Assembly (NCBI GenBank): GCA_041660025.1
Contig: JBAZXD010000001.1
Span: 40,059-104,058, forward strand
Source of the DNA: Minisyncoccota bacterium
GTDB taxonomy: Bacteria; Patescibacteriota; Minisyncoccia; Phycocordibacterales; Phycocordibacteraceae
Direction: 5' to 3'
Length of the DNA stretch: 64,000 nt
Both the position numbers and the translations under genes were made by a program. Of the stretch, positions 28,496-37,882 are shown one piece after another. The notes beneath the pieces were generated by a model. That model worked only from the letters and a program-made list of their open reading frames with translations. It was not told where the DNA came from and ran no database searches. The stretch's first letter is position 1. Every line of letters begins with the position of its first letter.

Positions 28496-29047
28496 ATGTC
28501 CATCACCAAACAACGACAGCAAAGCGCCTATCTCGCACTCGCGGAGACCTTCGGCTACACGAGCGCGATGCAGGGCCCGCGCATTATGAAGGTCGTCGTT
28601 TCCTCCGGCGTCGGCAAGAAGCGCGACAAGAAGCAGCTCGAGGTCATTGAGGATCGTCTTGCGAAGATCACCGGACAGAAGCCGTCCGCGCGCGCCGCGC
28701 GCCTCTCCATCGCCTCTTTCAAGGTGCGCGAGGGCGATACGGTCGGACTCCAGGTAACGCTTCGCGGCGCGCGGATGTACGACTTCCTCGACAAGCTCAT
28801 CCACATCGCGCTCCCGCGCACCCGCGACTTCCGCGGCCTCTCCGCGAAAGCGATCGATGATATGGGGAATATCACCATCGGTATCAAGGAGAACACCATT
28901 TTCCCGGAAACGTCTGATGAAGACCTGAAAGATGTGTTCGGGTTCGCCATTACCGTCGTCACCACGGCCAAGTCGAAGGCCGAAGCTGAAGCCTTCTTCC
29001 GCCATCTCGGGCTCCCGCTTATCGTTGACTCGAGCGTAAAACGCTGA
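28496..29047 (+). CDS. rplE: 50S ribosomal protein L5
   Basis: RIMKVVVSSGVGKKRDKKQLEVIEDRLAKITGQKP...GNITIGIKENTIFPE. Confidence 0.9.
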   Translation: MSITKQRQQSAYLALAETFGYTSAMQGPRIMKVVVSSGVGKKRDKKQLEVIEDRLAKITGQKPSARAARLSIASFKVREGDTVGLQVTLRGARMYDFLDKLIHIALPRTRDFRGLSAKAIDDMGNITIGIKENTIFPETSDEDLKDVFGFAITVVTTAKSKAEAEAFFRHLGLPLIVDSSVKR

Positions 29048-29083
29048 TATTCTGGAGTGACGCTCCTCGGAGCTTTATTTTTT

Positions 29084-29353
29084 ATGGCAAAGAAATCCCA
29101 ACTGGCGAGATACGCCAAAAAGGTCAAACTCGTAAAGAAGTACGCGGTCAAGCGTGCGGCTTTGAAGCTGGCCGGGGATGCCGCCGGGCTCCAGGCGCTC
29201 CCGAGGAATTCTTCGCCGGTCCGGCTGAAGAACCGTTGCGCGATTACCGGCCGCTCTCGCGGCTATATGCGCACCTTCGGCCTCTCTCGTATCCAGTTCA
29301 GGGAACTCGCCCGCGAGGGGAAGATCCCGGGCGTTAAGAAAGCATCATGGTAA
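29084..29353 (+). CDS. rpsN: 30S ribosomal protein S14 (long, non-zinc-ribbon type)
   Basis: [20 protein letters not shown]...[39 protein letters not shown]. Confidence 0.85.
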   Translation: MAKKSQLARYAKKVKLVKKYAVKRAALKLAGDAAGLQALPRNSSPVRLKNRCAITGRSRGYMRTFGLSRIQFRELAREGKIPGVKKASW

Positions 29354-29751
29354 GCGACCGTATCGGCGATTTCATCGTTCGTCTGCAGAATGCGGCGATG
29401 ATTGGTAAGAAGGAGGTATCAGCACCGCATTCGGCGCACCTGCTCGCTATCGCGAAGAAGCTTAAGGAACTCGGTTTCATAACACATGTGGAAGTGAAGG
29501 AGAAGGAAGAGGGAAGCGTGAAGAAAGATGTCGTTGTGACGCTCGCGTACGACGAACGCGGTCTCGCCAAACTGCGCGGCGTGAAGCGCATCAGCAAGCC
29601 CGGTCGCCGGCTCTACGCGCCGCACACGGCAATCCACAAAGTGAAGGGCGGTACGGGCGCACGTATCCTCTCGTCTTCGGTCGGTATCATCACCGATGAC
29701 GAAGCGCGTAAGCAGCGGGTCGGCGGGGAAGATCTCTTCGAGATCTGGTAA
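29347..29751 (+). CDS. rpsH: 30S ribosomal protein S8
   Basis: [21 protein letters not shown]...[34 protein letters not shown]. Confidence 0.9.
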   Translation: MVSDRIGDFIVRLQNAAMIGKKEVSAPHSAHLLAIAKKLKELGFITHVEVKEKEEGSVKKDVVVTLAYDERGLAKLRGVKRISKPGRRLYAPHTAIHKVKGGTGARILSSSVGIITDDEARKQRVGGEDLFEIW

Positions 29752-29761
29752 TAATTTTTGT

Positions 29762-30292
29762 ATGAGCCGCCTCGCAAAGAAGCCAATAATCGTAGGGAAA
29801 GCCGATATCTCGGTACAGGGCGGCGTGCTTACCGTGAAGGGTGCCAAGGGCACACTCACGAAGCGCGTACACCCGTCCGTGTCGATCACGATCGATGAAA
29901 ACGGCGTGCATATCGCACCGAAGGATGCTTCCCGGCTCGCGAAAGCGCTTACCGGTACCTTCGCTTCACACGTGAAGAATATGGCGGCAGGCGTCGAAAC
30001 GCCGTTTACGAAGAAGCTCATTCTCGAAGGTGTCGGCTACAAGATGGAGGTCAAGGGTAAGGACGTAGTGCTCACGGTCGGCTTCTCGCACACCGTCGCG
30101 CTCCCGATACCGGAAGATGTCACCGCCACGGCAGAAAAGAACGTGATGAAACTCGAGAGCGCGAACAAGGAGTCGGTCGGGCAGTTCGCCGCGAACATCC
30201 GCCGGGTCAAGCCGCCGGAGCCGTATCTTGGGAAAGGCATCCGCTACGAGGGCGAGGTCGTCCGCCGCAAGCAGGGCAAGAAGGCCGTCTAA
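29762..30292 (+). CDS. rplF: 50S ribosomal protein L6
   Basis: MSRLAKKPIIVGKADISVQGGVLTVKGAKGTLTKRV...PEPYLGKGIRYEGEVVRRKQGK. Confidence 0.9.
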   Translation: MSRLAKKPIIVGKADISVQGGVLTVKGAKGTLTKRVHPSVSITIDENGVHIAPKDASRLAKALTGTFASHVKNMAAGVETPFTKKLILEGVGYKMEVKGKDVVLTVGFSHTVALPIPEDVTATAEKNVMKLESANKESVGQFAANIRRVKPPEPYLGKGIRYEGEVVRRKQGKKAV

Positions 30293-30301
30293 TATTCTGA
30301 T

Positions 30302-30652
30302 ATGAAACACGCAGGCACCACCAATCGAGAACTACGCAAGCGCCGTCACGCGCGGGTGCGCGCGACTATCAAGGGTACCGCAGAGCGTCCGCGCCTCGCA
30401 GTATTCCGCAGTAACCGCTTCGTCTCCGCTCAGCTCATTGATGACACTGCGGGGAAGACGATTGCCGCCTCGCACGGCCGCGATTTCAAGGGACCGCAGT
30501 CCGTACAGGCGAAGGAGGTCGGCGCCGCGATAGCGAAGGCGGCAAAGGCATCCGGCATCACCACAATTGTGTTCGATCGTGGCGGGTATCGCTACGGCGG
30601 GCAGGTAAAGGCGCTCGCCGACGCCGCACGCGAGGGCGGACTCGCCTTTTAA
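30302..30652 (+). CDS. rplR: 50S ribosomal protein L18
   Basis: [27 protein letters not shown]...[29 protein letters not shown]. Confidence 0.9.
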   Translation: MKHAGTTNRELRKRRHARVRATIKGTAERPRLAVFRSNRFVSAQLIDDTAGKTIAASHGRDFKGPQSVQAKEVGAAIAKAAKASGITTIVFDRGGYRYGGQVKALADAAREGGLAF

Positions 30653-30660
30653 ATACAACT

Positions 30661-31290
30661 ATGACTACACCCATTGAACCGGAGATCATACAGGAAGTGG
30701 AGGATACTGCCGCACCGGAGGCGCTTCCGGCTGAGGCCGTGATTGCGGAAGTCGCTCCGGTCGCGGCGGCAGTCCCGTCGCCACGTAGTGGCGGCCGCGG
30801 CGCGCTCCGCGGCCGCGCTCCGCGCGCGGGAGGCCGCGGGCGCCCGCCGCGCGAGCGTGGCGAGTTCGAGCAGGTCACCATCGACGCACGTCGCGTGGCG
30901 CGCGTGATGGCGGGCGGGCGCCGTTTCAACTTCAGCTTGGTGGTCGTCATCGGCGACAAGAAAGGGCGCGTTGGTGTTGGGCTCGGAAAGGGTATCGACA
31001 CGGCGCTCGCTATCGACAAGGCGACGCGCGATGCGAAGAAACATCTCTTTACCGTCCCGCGCACCGCTTCTGGTTCGATCCCGCACCAGGTCTCTTCCAA
31101 GTACGCGTCCTCGACAGTCGAGATCATCCCCTCGAAGGGGCGTGGGCTCGTCGCCGGCTCGGCGATGCGGACGGTGCTCGACCTTGCAGGCGTGACCGAC
31201 GTGGTAACGAAGATCCATACGCGTTCCAAGAATAAGCTCACTATCGCGCGCGCGACCGTTGCGGCGTTGAAGAAGCTTCGCACGAAGTAA
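30661..31290 (+). CDS. rpsE: 30S ribosomal protein S5 with ~60-aa acidic/Ala-rich N-terminal extension
   Basis: Core VARVMAGGRRFNFSLVVVIGDKKGRVGVGLGKG...RGLVAGSAMRTVLDLAGVTDVVTKIHTRSKN. Confidence 0.9.
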   Translation: MTTPIEPEIIQEVEDTAAPEALPAEAVIAEVAPVAAAVPSPRSGGRGALRGRAPRAGGRGRPPRERGEFEQVTIDARRVARVMAGGRRFNFSLVVVIGDKKGRVGVGLGKGIDTALAIDKATRDAKKHLFTVPRTASGSIPHQVSSKYASSTVEIIPSKGRGLVAGSAMRTVLDLAGVTDVVTKIHTRSKNKLTIARATVAALKKLRTK

Positions 31291-31299
31291 TTTTTTCCT

Positions 31300-31776
31300 A
31301 TGCAACTCCATTCCATCGTTTCCCGCACCAAGAATAAGAAGAATCCGCCCGTCGGTCGCGGCGGCAAGCGCGGCAAGACCTCTGGTCGCGGCGGCAAGGG
31401 GCAGACAGCGCGCGCCGGACACAAGATCCGCCCGGAAGTTCGCGACCTCATCAAGAAGATTCCGAAGCGCCGCGGCCACGGCAAGAACCGCGCCCGCACG
31501 GTCCGCACGAATCGCATCGCCGTTTCCGCGGTGAACCTTGCCGCGCTCGAGGCGCTGTACAAGGTCGGCGAGACGGTCTCGCCCGCGACCCTGCTCGCCC
31601 GGGGGCTCGTACGCCGGGCGAAGGGGCGTGCGCCGGTGGTGAAGATTCTCGGCACCGGCGCGCTCACGAAGGCGCTTGTCGTCGAGAACTGCACGTTGTC
31701 TGCCGCCGCACTCGCCGCGCTCACTGCGGCGGGCGGTACCATTCGCGGCGAGCAGGTTCGAACCAGCCATGCTTAA
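31300..31776 (+). CDS. rplO: 50S ribosomal protein L15
   Basis: GRGGKRGKTSGRGGKGQTARAGHKIRPE. No L30 gene lies between rpsE and rplO. Confidence 0.9.
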   Translation: MQLHSIVSRTKNKKNPPVGRGGKRGKTSGRGGKGQTARAGHKIRPEVRDLIKKIPKRRGHGKNRARTVRTNRIAVSAVNLAALEALYKVGETVSPATLLARGLVRRAKGRAPVVKILGTGALTKALVVENCTLSAAALAALTAAGGTIRGEQVRTSHA

Positions 31777-33043
31777 TTCCTTTTTTCGTAAACTCAAACT
31801 CGCGTTCGGCGACCCCCAGATCCGTGCCCGCATCTTGTTTCTCATAGGCGCGCTCGCGCTGTTCCGTATCCTCGCATCGATCCCGATCCCGGGCGTCGAT
31901 AAGAATGCACTTGCGGCCTTCTTCGCGAATAACCAGTTTTTCGGCCTCCTGAACATCTTTTCCGGAGGCGGTCTCTCGAGCCTTTCTATCGTGATGCTCG
32001 GCGTCGGTCCCTACATCACCGCGTCGATCATTATGCAGCTCGGCACCATCATCTTCCCGCAGGTAAAGCAGGCATACTTCGAGGAGGGCGAGGCGGGGCG
32101 GGCAAAGTTCGTCGGCTGGAGCCGCCTCCTCACCATCCCGATGGCTATCCTGCAGGGCATCGCATTCCTGTTCCTGCTTGAGAGCCAGGGCGTCATAGCG
32201 CACCTCAGTACGGTGGCGCTCATCGCGAACATCGCACTCGTCGCCGCGGGTTCGATGCTCCTTATGTGGCTCGGCGAGCTCGTTACCGAGTTCGGTATCG
32301 GTAACGGCGTCTCGCTCATCATTCTCGCGGGCATCCTCGCGGGCCTGCCGGCGAGCATCTCGCAGACCATCTTCGCCGCCTCCGCGGCGAACATCCCCGC
32401 GTACCTCGCCTTCATCGCCTTCGGCCTTGCGATGATATATGCGGTCGTGGTCGTCTCTGACGCCGAGCGCTCCATACCGATCGCGTATGCGCGCGCGGTG
32501 CGCGGTGCGGCGCTCTCCCAGGGCGCGGCGACGTATCTCCCGATCCGCCTGCTCCAGGCCGGCGTGATCCCCATCATCTTCGCGCTCTCACTCCTCCTTC
32601 TGCCGCAGATGGTACTCTCGGCGCTCGGCGCGCTCGACCTGTCCTTCGCTTCAAGCGGAGCGCTCTGGTATACCGCCTTCCTCTCCAATCCGTGGAAGTA
32701 CGGCGCGGCGTACTTCTTCCTCGTGGTGGTCTTCACCTATTTCTATACCTCGGTCACCTTCGAGCCGCATCGCGTCGCGGAGAATCTCCAAAAGACCGGC
32801 GCGTTCGTCCCCGGCGTGCGTCCTGGCCGCGAGACAGAGGAATACATCGGCAATGTCGTGAACCGCGTCACGCTCCCCGGCGCCACCTTCCTCGGCCTCA
32901 TCGCCGTCTCCCCGAGCATCATCCAGGGACTTACGGGCGTCACCACCCTCGTCCTCGGCGGCACCGCGCTTCTTATCGCGGTCCAGGTCGCCCTCGACCT
33001 CGCCCACAAGATCGACGCCCAGGTCTCGCTTCGCGAATACTAA
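31769..33043 (+). CDS. secY: preprotein translocase subunit SecY
   Basis: Ten predicted TM segments and SecY signatures (GVGPYITASIIMQL, LGELVTEFGIGNGVSLII). ATG at 31769 overlaps the rplO stop. Confidence 0.9.
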   Translation: MLNSFFRKLKLAFGDPQIRARILFLIGALALFRILASIPIPGVDKNALAAFFANNQFFGLLNIFSGGGLSSLSIVMLGVGPYITASIIMQLGTIIFPQVKQAYFEEGEAGRAKFVGWSRLLTIPMAILQGIAFLFLLESQGVIAHLSTVALIANIALVAAGSMLLMWLGELVTEFGIGNGVSLIILAGILAGLPASISQTIFAASAANIPAYLAFIAFGLAMIYAVVVVSDAERSIPIAYARAVRGAALSQGAATYLPIRLLQAGVIPIIFALSLLLLPQMVLSALGALDLSFASSGALWYTAFLSNPWKYGAAYFFLVVVFTYFYTSVTFEPHRVAENLQKTGAFVPGVRPGRETEEYIGNVVNRVTLPGATFLGLIAVSPSIIQGLTGVTTLVLGGTALLIAVQVALDLAHKIDAQVSLREY

Positions 33044-33058
33044 AAATGTTAGAGTAGT

Positions 33059-33628
33059 TTGATGGATACACGGACAATATTTTTTATTGGAAAGCCCGGA
33101 TGCGGGAAGGGAACTCAGGCGAAACTGCTCTCGGAGAAGACCGGATGGCCGGTATTCGCCTCAGGGAAGCTCTTCCGCGCCATTGCGCAGGAGGATACGC
33201 CGGTGGGACATAAGATGAAGGCTGAGAACGACGCCGGTGTCCTCGCACCGCATTGGTTCGCGATGTACCTCTATCTCAACTCGCTTTTTTCTATCCCTGA
33301 CGGGCAGAGCGCGATATTTGACGGGTTCAATCGCAAGGTTCCCGAGGCCGAGCTTGTTTTGGACTCGCTGCAGTGGCTCGGGCGCCCGTGCACGATCTTG
33401 AATATCAAAGTTTCCGATGAAGAGGTCCGTCGCCGCCTCGTCCTGCGCAAGGAGATGGAGGGTCGCACCGATGATGCTGTCGTCGAGGAGCGTCTGAAGG
33501 AATACGAGGCGCACACCGCGCCTGCGATCGAGTTCTTCCGCACCGCGGGTGCGTTGATCGAAATAAACGGCGAGCAGACTCCGGAAGAGATCGCGGTCGA
33601 TATCCGTGCGGCGCTCAGCATAAAATGA
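33059..33628 (+). CDS. adk: adenylate kinase (short form)
   Basis: P-loop GKPGCGKGTQA, in the position expected after secY. Confidence 0.8.
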   Translation: MMDTRTIFFIGKPGCGKGTQAKLLSEKTGWPVFASGKLFRAIAQEDTPVGHKMKAENDAGVLAPHWFAMYLYLNSLFSIPDGQSAIFDGFNRKVPEAELVLDSLQWLGRPCTILNIKVSDEEVRRRLVLRKEMEGRTDDAVVEERLKEYEAHTAPAIEFFRTAGALIEINGEQTPEEIAVDIRAALSIK

Positions 33629-34389
33629 CGATTAAGAACGACACCGAGCGGGCGAATCTTATCGAGGGCGGGAAGCGTCTTGCGGCCGTCCTTCGCGCGC
33701 TTCGTTTGAAAGTCGCGCCCGGCGTGACCTCAGAAGAACTCGATACCTTGGCGGAACAGCTCATCCGCGCGGGCGGCGACGAGCCCTGCTTCCTCGGGTA
33801 TACCCCCGAGGGAGCGCACCGGCCGTACCCGGCGACCTTGTGTGTTTCCATCAACGACGAAGTCGTGCACGGCATCCCGAATGAGTCGACGAGGACATTG
33901 AAAGAGGGCGATATCGTCGGCCTTGACCTCGGACTCACGCATAATGGCGTCATCGTGGACGCGGCTATCACGGTGCCGGTCGGGGAGGTGGATGAAGAAA
34001 CGAAAAAACTGCTTGTGGCGACCGAGCGCGCGCTCGCGGCGGGCATCGCGCAGGCCATTCCGGGAAATCATATCGGTGATATCTCGCACGCGATCCAAAA
34101 AGAAATTGAAGATGCGGGATTTAAAGTGGTGAAGGAGCTCGGCGGACACGGCGTGGGCGATCTTGTCCACGAAGAGCCCTTCATTCCGAACTATGGCCGC
34201 CCAGGCGAGGGGGAACTCCTCGAAGAGGGCATGGTGCTCGCGCTCGAACCCATTTCGACTGCCGGCAAGGCCGCCGTGGTGCTCGCGCCCGACGGCTATA
34301 CGTATCGCACCAAGGACGGCTCGCGCTCGGCCCATTTCGAGCACACCATCTTGCTCGAGACGTCCGGAGCGCGTATAGTGACTCAATAA
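33625..34389 (+). CDS. map: type I methionine aminopeptidase
   Basis: Metal ligands in VHGIP, DIVGLDLG, GHGVGDLVHEEP, and LEPIS contexts. Confidence 0.9.
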   Translation: MTIKNDTERANLIEGGKRLAAVLRALRLKVAPGVTSEELDTLAEQLIRAGGDEPCFLGYTPEGAHRPYPATLCVSINDEVVHGIPNESTRTLKEGDIVGLDLGLTHNGVIVDAAITVPVGEVDEETKKLLVATERALAAGIAQAIPGNHIGDISHAIQKEIEDAGFKVVKELGGHGVGDLVHEEPFIPNYGRPGEGELLEEGMVLALEPISTAGKAAVVLAPDGYTYRTKDGSRSAHFEHTILLETSGARIVTQ

Positions 34390-34417
34390 CCGCCGCGGGC
34401 GATTTCATTTTTAAACT

Positions 34418-35023
34418 ATGGCACATCCTAAAACAGAGAGAACGCTCGTCATCGTGAAGCCTGACGGCATCCAACGTGCCCTCATCGGCGAGATTATGAA
34501 GCGCTATGAGCGTCTCGGCCTGAAGCTCGTCGCGCTCAAGATGATGGTCCCGACCGAAGAGATGATCGAGACACACTACCTGCTCGATCCGAATTGGAAG
34601 AAGAACGTCGGCGAGAAGTCGATCGCTTCGTATGTTAAGAAAGGGGAGACACCGCCTTCGAACGACCCGATCGAGGTGGCGAACGTCGTTGTCGGAAATC
34701 TAAAGAAGTATATGACGAGCGGCCCGGTCATCGCGATGGTCTGGGAGGGCGCACACGCCGTGGAACTCGTACGGAAGATCACTGGCGGAACAGAGCCGCG
34801 AAGCGCAAGCATCGGAACTATCCGTGGCGATTTCGTCGTCGATTCCTACCAAATGGCGGATACTGACAGTCGTGCCATCCGCAACCTCATCCACGCATCG
34901 GGTTCGGTACCGGAGGCGGAGATGGAGATACCGCACTGGTTCAACGATGCAGAGATCATGAAATATAGCGTGCCGCACGAGGCGACGCTCTACGACGTGG
35001 ATATGAAGGGTATTCTTAGCTAA
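34418..35023 (+). CDS. ndk: nucleoside diphosphate kinase (with insertions and C-terminal extension)
   Basis: ERTLVIVKPDGIQRALIGEIMKRYE...IAMVWEG...RKITGGTEP...GTIRGDF. Confidence 0.8.
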   Translation: MAHPKTERTLVIVKPDGIQRALIGEIMKRYERLGLKLVALKMMVPTEEMIETHYLLDPNWKKNVGEKSIASYVKKGETPPSNDPIEVANVVVGNLKKYMTSGPVIAMVWEGAHAVELVRKITGGTEPRSASIGTIRGDFVVDSYQMADTDSRAIRNLIHASGSVPEAEMEIPHWFNDAEIMKYSVPHEATLYDVDMKGILS

Positions 35024-35029
35024 TTCGAT

Positions 35030-35239
35030 GTCTCATCGTACTGTCGAGTATAGTTATCCACCGAGACATTTGACACGGGGTGTATACTCGTAAGTGGAGC
35101 CGTTCCTTTTTTACGCAACTTGCCTAACTCTCGGGAGCCATGCAGTAAGGCAGTTTGGCGAATTCCGCAAGGAAATCCGAGAACTGCCGTTGCACTACCC
35201 ACCTGGCAAGATAAAGTTGCTTAAGGGAATGACTCCACG
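35030..35239 (+). promoter_or_regulatory. structured leader/candidate cis-regulatory RNA upstream of the beta-CASP RNase gene
   Basis: Nested complementary segments (caacttgcc/ggcaag..gttg; ggcagtt/aactgcc) followed by a strong terminator that ends 18 nt before the gene start. No coding potential. Confidence 0.35.
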
Positions 35240-35270
35240 AAAAAACCGCTCCTTATGGAGCGGTTTTTTC
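35240..35270 (+). terminator. intrinsic terminator/attenuator
   Basis: aaaaaccgctcc-ttat-ggagcggttttttc. Confidence 0.6.
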
Positions 35271-35288
35271 GCGTGGTAGAGTTCATAT

Positions 35289-36677
35289 ATGTCATTGCGA
35301 CTTAGTTTCTACGGCGGAGCGGGGAAAGTGACCGGCTCCAATTTTTTAATTCAAGGCGCTCGCGGAAAGGTGCTCGTTGATTGCGGCATCGAGCAGGGTG
35401 CCGATTTTGCTGTAGAGGAAGTGTACGGGCCGTTTCCGTACGACGTGAAAACGATTGACGCACTCGTTGTTACTCATGCGCATCTTGACCACGTCGGGCG
35501 CATTCCGAAGCTTGTGCGGGATGGTTTTCACGGGAAGATATTTATGACACCGGCGACCCGCGATCTCGCGGCACTTATTCTGCTCGACTCGTCCCACATC
35601 CTCGCGGAAGAAGCCGGACGTCTTGGACGCATGCCTTTATATGATGCCAATGACGTTGAAGCGGCGTTCGCGCTCGTCGAAACACTTGAGTATCATACTG
35701 AAAAAGAAGTTGCGCCCGGGCTCTCTGCTTATTTCCGCAATACCGGGCACATTCTCGGTTCGGCGAGCGTGCGCATCACGGACGAAGACGGAACGACGGT
35801 CGTACTCACGGGCGATATCGGCAATTCTCCTTCGCCTCTTCTGCCAGATTGGGAGCCGGTTCCGGACGCCGATGCTCTGGTGATGGAGAGTACCTATGGC
35901 GACAAGGTTCATGGACAGGGAGACCGCAACCTCTTGCTTAAAGAGAGTCTTCAGCACGCGATCAAGCGTGACGGCACAATCCTCATCCCCGCCTTCTCGA
36001 TTGAGCGCACTCAGCTCATGCTTTATGAGCTCTCAAACTTTTTTGATGCCGGCGATTTACCGAAGATTCCAGTCTTCTTGGACTCGCCACTCGCGATTAA
36101 GGTGACGGCAGTGTATGAGAAGTGGGGGATGAGCTATTTCAAACCCGAGACCGAAGACGAGATGAAGCGAGAAGGAAGCATCTTTGAATTCCCGTTCTTG
36201 AAGGCTACGCTCTCGCAGGAAGACTCAAGAGCGATAGAGAAGGTGTCGGGGCCGAAGATCATCATCGCGGGCGCAGGCATGAGCCACGGTGGCCGTATCG
36301 CTCGTTGGGAGACGCGCTACTTGCCTGACCCCTCGACGACGCTCTTTATGGTTGGCTACCAGGCGCCCGGTACGCCCGGGCGGCGCATGATGGAGGGCGC
36401 GGGAAGTGTCCGTATTGCCGGCGCCGAGGTGAAAATCAAAGCAAAGGTTGAAAAGCTTGAAGGATGGTCGGCACACGCCGACCGCGACCAGCTCCTTAAG
36501 TTTGCCGAGGCCGCGCTTGCGAAGAAGCGGCCCAAGGCCGTCTTTACCGCTCATGGCGAGCCTTCTTCCGAACGTTTCCTCGCCCAACGTATCCACGACT
36601 ACCTGGGTGGAAACGCCATCGTCCCCGAGCAGGGTCAGACGTGGGAGATTACCAAAGATTCGGTTAAGAAGGTTTGA
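35289..36677 (+). CDS. MBL-fold beta-CASP family ribonuclease (RMMBL C-terminal domain)
   Basis: HAHLDHVG motif, beta-CASP motifs, C-terminal GWSAHADRDQL (RNA-metabolising MBL motif). 462 aa. Distinct from RNase J at 44392. Confidence 0.75.
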   Translation: MSLRLSFYGGAGKVTGSNFLIQGARGKVLVDCGIEQGADFAVEEVYGPFPYDVKTIDALVVTHAHLDHVGRIPKLVRDGFHGKIFMTPATRDLAALILLDSSHILAEEAGRLGRMPLYDANDVEAAFALVETLEYHTEKEVAPGLSAYFRNTGHILGSASVRITDEDGTTVVLTGDIGNSPSPLLPDWEPVPDADALVMESTYGDKVHGQGDRNLLLKESLQHAIKRDGTILIPAFSIERTQLMLYELSNFFDAGDLPKIPVFLDSPLAIKVTAVYEKWGMSYFKPETEDEMKREGSIFEFPFLKATLSQEDSRAIEKVSGPKIIIAGAGMSHGGRIARWETRYLPDPSTTLFMVGYQAPGTPGRRMMEGAGSVRIAGAEVKIKAKVEKLEGWSAHADRDQLLKFAEAALAKKRPKAVFTAHGEPSSERFLAQRIHDYLGGNAIVPEQGQTWEITKDSVKKV

Positions 36678-36681
36678 AACG

Positions 36682-36714
36682 AAAACCGCCCCGCTTTAAG
36701 CGGGGCGGTTTTTG
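36682..36714. terminator. bidirectional intrinsic terminator between convergent RNase and rplT genes
   Basis: aaaaccgccccgc-tttaa-gcggggcggttttt. Confidence 0.7.
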
Positions 36715-36720
36715 TAAAAT

Positions 36721-37068
36721 TTAGACGACTTGTTTCGCGATGCGTTCGAAGATTTCGGGGTGGTCGGCGGCGAACTCGGCGAGGACCTTACGGTCGAGGG
36801 CGAAGCCGTTCTTCTTCAGCTTCGCGATGAAGGTGGAGTACGACTGGTGGCCGTTCTCGCGGACGGCGGCGTTGAGCCGGACGATCCAGAGCTGGCGGAA
36901 GTCGGTCTTCTTGTCGCGGCGGTGGGCGAAGGCGTAGCGGCCGGCGCGCATCAGCGCCTCGTGCGCGGCGTGTAGCTTCTTCGAGCGGATGCCGCGGTAG
37001 CCCTTGGCTCTCTCGAGAATATTCTTGCGGCGTTTCGTCGCCATCACCCCACCTTTGATTCTTGTCAT
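36721..37068 (-). CDS. rplT: 50S ribosomal protein L20
   Basis: MTRIKGGVMATKRRKNILERAKGYRG...DFRQLWIVRLNAAVRENG. Confidence 0.9.
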   Translation of the reverse strand: MTRIKGGVMATKRRKNILERAKGYRGIRSKKLHAAHEALMRAGRYAFAHRRDKKTDFRQLWIVRLNAAVRENGHQSYSTFIAKLKKNGFALDRKVLAEFAADHPEIFERIAKQVV

Positions 37069-37095
37069 ACGAGAAAGATTACTAAAATAGATTAA

Positions 37096-37290
37096 TTATT
37101 TCGCACCGGTGCCCGGGAGGAAGCGGCGACGCACCTTTGCGGTCAAGGTGAGGCTCACCGAGCGACGCTTCGCGCTACGCGCAGAGCCGCTCTGCTTCGC
37201 ATTGAAATGGTTCTGACCCTTCGCGCGCACCACAAGCTTCCCGTTGCGGGTGACGCGGATCCTCTTTGTATAAGATTTATTTGTTTTCAT
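37096..37290 (-). CDS. rpmI: 50S ribosomal protein L35
   Basis: 64 aa, MKTNKSYTKRIRVTRNGKLVVRAKGQNHFNAK, between infC and rplT. Confidence 0.85.
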   Translation of the reverse strand: MKTNKSYTKRIRVTRNGKLVVRAKGQNHFNAKQSGSARSAKRRSVSLTLTAKVRRRFLPGTGAK

Positions 37291-37837
37291 GTTTTAATTC
37301 TTTTTCTCTCTTGGCTTGTGCGATAAGGTCTCTCTCTATCACACCGGCGAAGCCCTTCGGGCTCCGGGTGACCGGCTCGGCGATCTTGTACGCATACGGG
37401 ATGCGAACGAGGAACTTCTCGAGACGGTCCTTGAGGAATTCCTCACTCATACCCTTATAGCGGCCTTTGAGGAAGAGCTCGGCGCGGACCCGGTGGCCCT
37501 CAGTGAGCCATTCGGCGGCCTTCTTAGCCTTCAGCTCCATGTCGTGGTCGCCGGTGCCCACCTTGATCTGGACCTCCTTGGTTTCAGACACTTTTACCTT
37601 GGCTTTTGCTATCTTTTCCTTCTTACTGCGCTCGTATTCAAATTTACCATAATCCATGATTTTCGCAATTGGCGGGACGGCCGAGGGCGAAATCTCGATG
37701 AGATCGAGCCCGGCGGTCTTTGCTGCCGCGAGGGCGGCTTCGAGCGAGAGGACGCCCAGATTACTCCCATCAGCGCTGATAACACGCAACTCTGTTGCGC
37801 GTATCTCGTTATTGATGCGAAGTCGGTCGGTAGCCAC
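37277..37837 (-). CDS. infC: translation initiation factor IF-3
   Basis: INNEIRATELRVISADGSNLGVLSLEAALAAAKTAGLDLIEISPSAVPPIAKIMDYGKFEYE plus the C-terminal domain. Overlaps the rpmI start. Confidence 0.85.
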   Translation of the reverse strand: MATDRLRINNEIRATELRVISADGSNLGVLSLEAALAAAKTAGLDLIEISPSAVPPIAKIMDYGKFEYERSKKEKIAKAKVKVSETKEVQIKVGTGDHDMELKAKKAAEWLTEGHRVRAELFLKGRYKGMSEEFLKDRLEKFLVRIPYAYKIAEPVTRSPKGFAGVIERDLIAQAKREKELKHENK

Positions 37838-37882
37838 TGGAAGTAACTGTAATATAGCACAAAAAGGGTAGGCGGCGCAACA

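Noticed and set aside
30649-31956. 435-aa and 394-aa minus-strand ORFs across rpsE/rplO
   Set aside because: Antisense to well-supported ribosomal protein genes; Arg/Ala-rich low complexity.
35094-35279. 61-aa ORF in the ndk/RNase intergenic region
   Set aside because: It reads straight through the intrinsic terminator hairpin and has no RBS; the region is better explained as structured non-coding RNA.
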